A stretch of DNA of 64,000 nt, taken from Zancudomyces culisetae HAW-14-8 (taxonomy: Eukaryota > Fungi > Kickxellomycota). Below, in pieces: positions 54,239-64,000 of the stretch (positions are counted from its first letter, which is position 1; the number at the start of each line of letters is the position of its first letter). The position numbers were made by a program, and so were the translations under genes. The notes under the pieces were generated by a model. That model was given only the letters and a program-made list of their open reading frames with translations. It made no database searches and was not told the origin of the DNA. The stretch is from contig JBNJNM010000011.1 in assembly GCA_052426225.1 (NCBI GenBank), forward strand, positions 1,302,001-1,366,000, written 5' to 3'.

Positions 54239-55368
54239 TTAAATGACCAGGTCATATGTATTTATGTACATGTACCTTGAGAATATTATAAACAATCTAC
54301 GGTACCATACGAGTTGAGTCTTGTGCTCATACATAGCCTCTACGGTAGTCTTATAGTTTTGGTAGTCTGAAATAAACATCAATCCATCTTTGGATCGGAA
54401 AAAGTCGCCATATGAAAATAAACAATCAAAAAATACCATGTATTTTCTGAGTATTTGGACGGATTTTAGTGTGTAAAAGTTGACTGGGTTTAACTTCATT
54501 TTCATACTAGATTGTATCATAAATCTATTTTTCCAAGGTTATTAGAGGTTGATTTGAAATGGGTTGTCATTCATGAATACATAATCAAAATAAAATGATT
54601 GTTCAAATACTCACTTGATCCCAATATAAAGTGATATATGGTTCATATGTCCGCTTATCCCTTGTCCATCAAAGCTAAATATCTATCAGTCATATATTCG
54701 TTTAGAGGTATTATCTACTGAAATCCAGTTCATACGCCTGTATAGAAAATCAATAGAACAAGCTGAGGAATTAAGAAAAAAGTGCAAAGGCTGCAAATAC
54801 TTACTGTATCTGTTTTAGTACCAATCACTAGAGTCTCCAGGGTTTTTGAAATCAGGACAGGATCCCAAGCCTTTTTCATATCATCCTCAAAGCTCTTGTC
54901 GTCAATTATAACAATTTTTTCTGGCCTCACCCCAAATCTTACGAGGGCACCAATTAGTTCAACTCTTCTTGTTGAACCAAGGCCATAGTAATTTCCTATG
55001 CAAATTTTTCATGTGTGCTTACTTAAGTATACACTTTTGTTTTTGCTTTTTCTTTCCACAACTCGAGAGAATGATGGTGCAAAGAAAAGAAATAAAGGGT
55101 GATGGATAAATTAAGATTTACCTGTCGAAAAACAAACGACATTAATATTCACATTTGGATCCTTCAAGAGGGAGGTAATCGTTGGTCCAAAGAACATCGT
55201 CTCATCGTCTGGATGTGCTATCACAATCATCACGTTTTTCATGGCATTCTTTGTGCTTCTTGCTGGTATATAGGCTCGGTGAATCAGAAATGGGAATTTT
55301 ATCAAAATGAGGTAAAGTCCCATTGAAAGAATGAGTAGAGAAACCAATATACTAGTTACCAGTGCCAT
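54239..55368 (-). CDS. GPI12: N-acetylglucosaminyl-phosphatidylinositol de-N-acetylase (PIG-L), multi-exon
   Basis: N-terminal TM helix from ATG 55368, IAHPDDETMFFGPTI, STG|N..GLG, FDGQGISGHMNHIS, HKTQLVWYRRLFIIFSRYMYIN. Confidence 0.92.
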
Positions 55369-57029
55369 TTTCTGTGCCCTTTTTTCGCAAAATCCAAGTC
55401 GTTGCGCTTTTTCTTCTAATCTTTTTGTTTTATCACTAATTACAAGTAAAAAAAAAACAGATAAAGTCTCCAAGAACAGTGTTTTTTTTTAGCTCTATAG
55501 CTTAAAATTGTTTTTTTTTTTGACCTGGAGCTTTTACAGCCCCCTTCCCCTCTGAAAATACATTTGATTTTACTGCACTATGAAAAACAGGCTCGATCTC
55601 TGTTTATTGGCTTGAGCTCCTCGTTTTTTGAACAACCAACTAGAAGCTGGAGGCAATTGTAGAGGTAAAAATGAAAATGATTTGCATACACAGATAATTT
55701 GAGCTAGGATCGCAAAAGAAGGTGTAGAAGATGTGTATGACTTGGATAAAACGCTATCTGATTTATATCAAGATGCAAAATTTTAAAAAATACTCTATAA
55801 CATGCTTATGATATACGCCGCCATGCTACCTTAATGACCAATGCTCCACACTATCTATGTCTATCTTTTCATTCATCAGTATTTTTTTTTTGGCTCATAT
55901 TATTTTTTAGGGAATGGGGAACAAATATACAATGTGCACTTTAGATAAAGTAAACGTTTTTAGAACCCTGGCTAAAAAAAAACACCGCATTTTTTATTAC
56001 GTATATAAATTTTTTGATTGTTTTTTATTTACATACTCAACACATTAAGCACAGCCCACTCTAACGTGGAACGGTTATTTTGGGGTATGCACTATAGCTT
56101 TATATGCCTCAGCTGTTAGATTAGTACCTACACTCTTTAGCGTACTGCATTCACATTTTTTCGCAAAGAAATTTCTAGAGTAATTTAAAAAAACATATAT
56201 ATTAATGAACCTGTTCAAATAAACCAGGTTTGTTGCTCATTTTATTTGCTTCCTTAGGCCATCATACAAAGAGTTTTTACATGGATGCAAAAAATGAATG
56301 TGAACTTACAAGTTTTGGATATGAATAATTGGGGAAATACACTGAACACACAAAATAAGTACAGTTTTGTACTGGTCTAATTGGCGATACCTTTTAGTTT
56401 CAATGGTATATTTTAATCATGAGAGCATAATATTTAAGTTTTACGAACAAAAAACACAAATGAATACTAATATTAATTAATGTGACAAGATACTTTTTTT
56501 TTCTTGGGCATGCATTGTGTGGTGTGATATATTCATATATTTTTCAGGCGACCAAAATCAGCATTGTGAACGAGAAATGTAGAACAAGGTATTGGGCTCA
56601 TAGCAGACTTTACTAGAGTCAAAATAGTTTATTCTGTAAATGCTAATTTTGTGGTATGGGAAAGCTTCATAAAATTCAACAATCTAGAGCTCGAGGCACG
56701 AGCTTGTAATATTATTCCTTATATAAAAAAGAACAATACCCTCCCTCTTCACACACACTTTCACTTTTTCCTCCCCTTCTCCCCTCCTTCCCTCCACACT
56801 CATTTCTCTTTCAAAGAACTATTCTCTTGTAGCGTTAGTAAAAGCATGAATTTGAGGCGCACTAAATTAGAAGCGAGTGGAAAAAGTCTGAGTACATATA
56901 AATACGATATGAGGTGTGAATGATGATTTTAATTTTTAAAAAAATCCTTAAACTTTTAACTAACAAACGAGTTAGCTATCTATCAGCCACATAAAATATT
57001 CAAAAATACACAAAAGGGGCCTAAAAGAT

Positions 57030-57767
57030 ATGCTTGAAGGTAAAGCAAGTGAATTAATAGGGTTGGACCATTCCACACTACAGTATATAGAGCATATTGC
57101 TATTTTAGGCACGGGGTTGGGATTGATATGGTTTGGATCCAAGTGCATGCGATTGAGCGGGCTTCTATCAGGTATAATGATCTCGAATGGCGTCGTCAAC
57201 ACCTTTTTGATACTCGGGAATGCACTACTTGGTCTTAGCCTGGACAATAAGGAGAAGAAAATGTATATAGCATCAATTTATATATTGATAAATATGTTGA
57301 GCTTTGTAAAAGGTGCCTCCAGGAAGATAATTATAAGTTTGTATTGCGCAACCATAATTTCGTTCTTCATGCTGATGTTCGGGAGAAGTATTGAGTCGGA
57401 TTCTGTATTCGTGGCTTGCAAATACACTATAATTGCCATACTGACTGCAACAATATACCACATCCTTCACAAGCACGAAAAAATAGGTGCTGCACTATTT
57501 ACACCGCTAATTGGTTCAAGCCTGATTGTAATAGCATGCTCAATTCGACACGAGCTAGTTTTCTTCAAAGCCTTAACCTTGTATAACTACGACCTTAACA
57601 TTTCAACAATTCCTCTTACACACGACTTCATTGTGGATTTTTTATTGATTACAAAACTGACCTTTCTAGGAACGGCTTTTCAGTTGGTAACACAACTTGA
57701 TGTTGAAGAAAATGAGAGTCAAGAGCCAAAATTCACCTTATATGATAAGATTTCGGAAAAGGTGTAG
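57030..57767 (+). CDS. Multi-pass membrane protein, possibly DUF4203/TMEM198-like
   Basis: 245-aa ORF with about 7 hydrophobic segments. GLIWFGSK and TPLIGS loosely match the family as I recall it. Confidence 0.55.
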   Translation: MLEGKASELIGLDHSTLQYIEHIAILGTGLGLIWFGSKCMRLSGLLSGIMISNGVVNTFLILGNALLGLSLDNKEKKMYIASIYILINMLSFVKGASRKIIISLYCATIISFFMLMFGRSIESDSVFVACKYTIIAILTATIYHILHKHEKIGAALFTPLIGSSLIVIACSIRHELVFFKALTLYNYDLNISTIPLTHDFIVDFLLITKLTFLGTAFQLVTQLDVEENESQEPKFTLYDKISEKV

Positions 57768-58814
57768 CTTAAGTAGAGACGAGATAAAGCACAAAGTGCA
57801 AAATCAAATAAGCATTTCCCCTTTCTGTTCACCAATAGAAGGACCCTGCACTTGCTGACAAAATAAATTGAGAAAGGGCAATACATATTGGCTGTTTTTT
57901 TAGCGACACACTTTATGTATTCGTACACAACAACATGTTCGGTATTATATGGTGTCCTTGCTATGAAAGAAAACATATTATTCTGACATTATATTACCAT
58001 TGCTACTAGTATTAGTATATGCTTTTTTTTTGAGGCGATTACTTTTACTTTTGCTTTTATTTCTACTTTTTGAACACCTGAATTTGCTCTGTATAATAGA
58101 AAACCAAAATATGGAATAGAAAAACAATTTATAGAAAAAAAGAATATGAAAAAAAAGGGCGTATATTCGTACATATTTGCACATAGCTCGTTTGTAGTAA
58201 TATAAATAGAGGAAATGTAGCTAAACTTGAAAAGTGACCTAAAGACTTAAATAAACTGGGGAAAAAATGCTGATAAACTTGAACCACTTGGGCAAATGCA
58301 TACAAATCTCCACAGCTATTCTAGTATATGTGAATGTATAAAACACTCAAAAGCAATTTCCTAAGTTTCCTGGAATCATCCTTCTCTCCACAAACTTTGC
58401 AATGAATGCCTAGTTAATATTATACCTCTTCTACAACTCTACATGGCACACATTAAACGAGTTAGGAAATACTTGCGGAAATCTGATTTATTTTGCTCTT
58501 TTGCGTCCTCGTCAGCCATTGGTCACATCAGGGTAAACTGTTAGTGATTGCGGAAAACTGAGTGGAAGGGTCTAGTAAACACAGAAATATGTTTTGTTTG
58601 TAAATTCTGAGATGAGTTTTTGGATTTCCATTTGATGGCTTTTTCCGCTCTTGTATTTCGAAAAAAAGTAGGTGTTAGGATATTGGTGCGAATTTTCTAT
58701 AGATCTTTTGCCTGGTATAATATCACCGCTCCTCAGCTCAGTTTTGCCTTCATCTAAAAATATTGTTATTAATAACTTTGATGGTATAGATAGACAAAAG
58801 ATAGTTTTGTAGAA

Positions 58815-60577
58815 ATGTTAGCGGTACGTACAAATTTATTAGCTCTAACCAGGACTGTAAGAGCAAAAGATAGGTTATTTTCTTGGGCAAGCGCAAGATA
58901 TATCTATTCAACTCCAAATTCGCACAACACGTCTGATGGTAGACCACGCCCATCAAAGGAGTATAAAGAAGCAAAACCGGATGTATGGACAATGTTTAAT
59001 AGAGCAACACTGGAATCCAAGGCGATTAATTTGGGCCAAGGGTTTATGGAGTAAGAAATTCACATAAACACATACACTTATTTAAATAAACTAAAAATGT
59101 GGCATTTTGGACGCTTGGCCGATTTATGGCATTTTAGTTCGATTTTTATTAGTAGTAAGCAGGCAAATATATAAAAATTACTGGTGAAAAAATAGTTTTG
59201 ATCCTCCAGACTTTGTAAAGGATGCAGCAGTAAAATGTGTATCTGATGGGGCATGTTTGCAATACTCACCTAAAAGAGGAAGACCGAGTCTACTCAACGA
59301 AATAAAAAATAGATATTCTCAAAGGTTAGAACGGGAAATAGATGAGGATAGCGAAATTATGGTTACTACAGGTGCAAACCAAGGTGAGTAAGAGAAATCG
59401 TATGGATTTGTGAGATTAAGAAGATTTGGAGCTGAACCCAGTTGACTTTGTGGTGTATTTTTAGGAATTTTATGTGCTATTGGAGCATTCTTAAACAAAG
59501 GTAACGTATATTAATGTATTGCAATCTATTATCACTTGATTCGAATTTAGGACTTTTTGAAAAATATATATAGTTTGTTTTTTACGGTTTCTGAGTACAA
59601 GCTCAACCTAAAACTAATTAAACATTGATGCAATGATGATAGACGAACAAAATGAGGCAATTGTGATAGAACCAGCGTTTGACATATACATACCCATGGT
59701 GGAAATGTTTGGAGGAAAAGTGAAGTATGTACCACTACGTATGGATAGTAAACTAGACCCCAAAAACAACATAACTTCTAGTAGGGATTGGAAGCTTGAT
59801 ATAGACGAGCTGGAGAGTAAGATGTCACCGAAAAGTCGTCTTTTGATTATCAATACCCCACAAAACCCCACTGGGAAGGTTTTTAGCATGGAGGAACTTG
59901 GTAGAATTGCGGAAGTTGCGAAAAAACACAATTTAATAGTAATAAGCGATGAAGTATACGAGTATTTATGTTATGACAAGGAGAAGCATGTAAGCATTGC
60001 AAAAATTCCTGGGATGTGGGAGCGTACCATAGTGGTTGGATCCTTGGGAAAGTTGTTTGGTGTAACTGGTTGGAGAATAGGTTGGTTGATTGGTGACCAA
60101 AGTCTGATTTCTGCTTGCTTAAATTTCCATACATATACTTTGTTTTGTTCTCCATCCCCCCTTCAAGAAGCCGGTGCGATAGCATTTAGGGAGGCTGGTT
60201 CACATGACTATTATGCACTTACTCGTGAGCAATATCTACATAGACGAAATAAGTTGATGTCTGCTTTTGACGCTATAAATATGCCATATTCCATTCCCCA
60301 AGGCGCATACTATCTGCTGGTAAACGCTGAAAAGCTAAAAATACCTGAGGATTACCCATTTCCGGACTACATACTCAAGCGAAGCAAGAAAAAGGGGTTC
60401 AAACTGGCTTATTTCTTTACAAAAGAAATAGGAATAACGGCTATTCCTGCTCAAGAGTTTTATTGCGAGGCCCATGGGGAGATTGCTGAAAACTACCTGA
60501 GGTTCTCTTTTTGCAAAACTGACAAGGTCTTGGACATGGTATCCCAAAGACTGAAAAGAACTATACAGTATATGTAG
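58815..60577 (+). CDS. BNA3: Kynurenine/glutamine aminotransferase. Exons 58815-59050, 59196-59383, 59465-59500 and 59643-60577.
   Basis: DVW, AINLGQGF, QYS..RGR, VTTGANQG, EPAFDIY, NTPQNPTGKVF, SDEVYE, GSLGKLFGVTGWRIGW, LRFSFCK. Confidence 0.9.
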
Positions 60578-60899
60578 TTCACAATTGTAATTGTACTGTT
60601 TATGTATTTTGGAAAAGGCTGGTAGTATTTTTGGATATTATAGGCAGCCATGAGTTATTTTGTATATTTTATATTTTGTTTATTTTGTTTATATCGCTTT
60701 TATTAGATGCGATTTAAACAATCTTTTCAATTTTTAATAACCCAAAATAGGCTTTATATTCTTATTTAAAACCCAGAAAAATTGAAAATATACCAGGTTT
60801 AAACAATTGTTTAATAAATACGCTACCTCGACTGGCGCTACCCAGTAAAAAAAATAAAAAAAGGATTAAAGGTCAAAAGGATAGAGTATAGGAATAACA

Positions 60900-61457
60900 A
60901 TGGAATATCAATTGCTTTGTAATAAATTAGAAAAAATAGAAAACATTGTAAAGTCGGAAACCTGGAGTGGGCAGAGCAATCTCGCGGCTCATACTACTGA
61001 ACTAGAGGATAGATGGAGGGAAACTATTGCAAGCTCTAGTGCGATTGGTGAATTTTTTATAATGTATAAGAAGCTTCAGATGCTTTTGGAGAATGTCTAT
61101 CAAAATGACGAGAGTTTCATAACGGTTAGCGAAAAGATGGAGCAAATATTGTGCATTGAACAGGGATTGAATACTATCGCGTCAATCTATAAAGATAAAG
61201 AGAAAATGGAAGATCTGGAAACAAGAATTTTAGGTTCAGAAGCGTTCAAGAGGACTTGTGCAATAGACAGTGATATTTTGAAGTTGGAGATGCAGAATAA
61301 AAGCCAGACACTAGAATTCAAAAATATTGAGCACGAACTGACACGACTTGTTGAGCAATATCAAAATGAAATAAGCGCATTATCTGAAATTTTTGTATGT
61401 ATTGATGCTTATCTTGCACAAGTGGAGCGAAAAAAGAAACTTAACAATAAGAAATAG
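60900..61457 (+). CDS. Dynactin p22/p24 (DCTN3-like) coiled-coil protein
   Basis: 185 aa. C-terminal YQNEISALSEIFVCIDAYLAQVE resembles the DCTN3 YN...LS..F..WD..L..LE pattern; also KMEQIL and ILGSE. Confidence 0.6.
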   Translation: MEYQLLCNKLEKIENIVKSETWSGQSNLAAHTTELEDRWRETIASSSAIGEFFIMYKKLQMLLENVYQNDESFITVSEKMEQILCIEQGLNTIASIYKDKEKMEDLETRILGSEAFKRTCAIDSDILKLEMQNKSQTLEFKNIEHELTRLVEQYQNEISALSEIFVCIDAYLAQVERKKKLNNKK

Positions 61458-61932
61458 TCGATTTAAATATTGAGGAATTGAGTATTTCTATGCATCTTCC
61501 AAAGGTGCGTGCCCTATAGGCGAATTCTATGTAACTACAACGAAAGGAAGAGATGTGAAGACGCTCCATTTGGATAGAATAGTGGAATGGAGCAATGCTA
61601 GGACTTGCAATAGTGCTAGATTTATTATTTCACTTTTGTGAATGTGTAGAGTTCAGTTTTGTTTTTGTTTTTTTTTGTTTTTGGCAATATTTGGGGTGGG
61701 TGATCTAGCTAGATGTACTGAAGGGACTTGTGACAGTAGATCAGCATTCGAAGTATCGAGTTTTTTGGACAGAGGAGTGGGGTGGTGAGGATAGAATGGT
61801 GGTTTTGTTATAGTTTTTTATTTTGAGCTCAAAATAAAACAAATACGAAGAAAAATTGTAGTAAAATAAAGATTAAAAGATGAATGGAATTTTGAGAATG
61901 TAAGCAAGACAAAAAGAAAATAGAGGAAAAGT

Positions 61933-63504
61933 TTATTTCTTGCCCAAATCACGGGGATTTGAGGACCAGTCCTTTGGAGGGTTATAGACGATCTTTCTGG
62001 TCTTAAGAGAAGAGAAACGGTGTCTCTTGCTCCAAACTGAAAGAGCTAGCAACAATGAAACGATAATCAGGACCTGGGTACCCTTACGCTTGCGATCATC
62101 CAATTCAGGCTGAGCAGCCCAGTCAAGGAACGTGACAACATCTTTAGCCATTTGAGAAGCAGTGGCTGGTGTTCCATCCTCGTAATCAACAATACCATCG
62201 TAAAGGTTCTGTGCCATGGAAATAGCACCACCAGGGAAGTATGGATTGAAATGCAATCCTTCTCTCAGCTCAACACCGGCTGGGGGTTCATGGTATCCAG
62301 TAATCAAGGAGTATATGTAGTTGACACCACCATGACGAGCTTTGGTTATCAAGGACAAATCGGGTGGGTATGCTCCGTTGTTTCCTGCTCTGGCAGCCTC
62401 TTCATTTGGGTAAGGCTTTGGCATGGGATCCGCAAGTATCCCTGGACGATTGAAGTATTCTCCGTTGTCATCTGGTCCAGCACGGTATTCGTACTCTGCT
62501 GCCATGGCCTTGACTTCGTCTTCTGTGAATGCAACATTGACCAAGTTTCTCCAGTGAACAAGATCCAAGGAGTGGCAAGCTGCACAGATTTCTCTATAGA
62601 CTTGATATCCTCGACGGATACTATTTGGTTTATTGTTATTGTTAGTCTCAAGTTGAATAAGAATAGAAGAACAGAGGAAAACCAAGCTCACACATGTGCT
62701 TGCTGTTAAATAAAATGTGTTGCTTATATTACCTGGCGTGATCAAATGTTCCAAAGGTGTTTAGTTGCTGAAAGGGATATGTTGGTGGATGGAGTCCATC
62801 ATCTATCATGCTTGCACTCACTGGCCTACTATACATGTCGTACAACAAGTAGCCTGAACCAACTGCCAACACTGCATTCCTCGCTACCTCAAGTCTTGCT
62901 TTATTGGTTGGAAGCTAAATTTAGATTATCGATTTTAAGTCTTGTGTACCAGGCCGAACCAAATCATGGTTTCGTATACCACGTTTCCCACTCTCTCATT
63001 AAATAAAGCATTTGAACTATTGAACTTTGCCATTTAGAAGTGACAAAGGGGTTCAAAAATAATGCCAAAAATAAATAAAGTCTACTTACAGTTTGTCTAG
63101 CCTTATCAGAAAATCCCTAATTAAAATTCATTTGTATTTTATATTAATATCTTCATAATCATATAGAAGAACAACTTTACTATTGTTCAATCAACAAATG
63201 GCCATTTCGACAAGAGAATTAGTAAATCTCTATCTGATTACTTTTGTATTACAAATGCAAGAACAAAAGTCCTCATCCCCACCCACTTATAGAGTATTCA
63301 CAATTTATATATTTCATCTCTAACAATATATTCGGAAAGCACTCAAAAAACAAAACAAAGAAGGAGGGATACGGGAAAGTTCAACATAATCTGGCCCTTC
63401 GATCAATTTTTCATCGTACATAGTCGTGATAATCAATAAAAGTCTGTTATTGTACTTACTCTTGCTCCTGCTTTAAAGAATCTAAAAGCTCCTCTCGAAA
63501 ACAT
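61933..63504 (-). CDS. CYT1: Cytochrome c1. Exons 63504-63460, 63116-63090, 62914-62733 and 62620-61933.
   Basis: [10 protein letters not shown] presequence, [13 protein letters not shown]|[17 protein letters not shown] (heme site), [15 protein letters not shown]-terminal TM helix. Confidence 0.96.
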
Positions 63505-64000
63505 CCTTGATTAAAATAATGTACTATTAGATCACAAATTCTATTGATTCAAGCTATATAACCCTAGAATCTCTTGAGAACTGTTATAGGTTATATTTTG
63601 ATATTCTTGAAAATATAGTAGTATTTGATATTTAAAAATCAATTTCTTTTGCGGGCTGATACAGGTTTTGGATAAAAAAAATAAGTGAAAAAATAATATG
63701 CGCAAAAAAAACAAAAACAAAAGTTTGATACTAGTTTGCTTTATCAAATAAATTTTTATAATTTTTTTTTCCTTGCCAGCTTGAATAAAATAGATAATAG
63801 TGGTTAGGGTTGAAGGATTAATTTCGAGGAAATGTCCATTATCACTATCTGCATTTCAAGTTGGCCTATAATATCGCAGATTGATATAAATTCTTATAAA
63901 TATAATAAACAAATGATATGCCTTTTCGCAGCAAGGCTTTCCAGAGAAAATGACAAGAGGTAGTAGTGAGATGACCAAAATTTATCGAGCTAAGTGCACT

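Overview
AT-rich, gene-dense eukaryotic DNA with short spliceosomal introns. The gene content is fungal; an early-diverging lineage such as Zoopagomycota is my inference only. About 24 protein-coding genes can be modelled by hand. Four families occur as local copies: two NADH-cytochrome b5 reductases (MCR1), three Mpv17/PMP22 genes, two scramblase-like genes and two carnitine carriers (CRC1). Single genes are: F-box/LRR, derlin (DFM1), a GM130-like golgin, an inflated VPS39, CCT5, TRS20, a giant PPR-like protein, a UPF0658-like membrane protein, ORC4, GCV3, AOS1, a CobD/HisC-like PLP enzyme, GPI12, a DUF4203-like protein, BNA3, a dynactin p24-like protein and CYT1. I recognised no tRNA, rRNA, CRISPR array or intact transposon. 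The most unusual signals are four. (1) Strong G/C and purine strand-skew domains across about 12-34 kb that ignore gene orientation, flip in the middle of CCT5 and the golgin gene, and flip back at G/C-run clusters; these are candidate replication origin/terminus imprints. (2) An MCR1 duplicate with an intron where the parent encodes its membrane anchor. (3) An Mpv17 paralog with four new acidic residues in its helices. (4) A CobD-like enzyme preceded by a double RNA hairpin. All gene models and counts were made by eye; no database searches were run.
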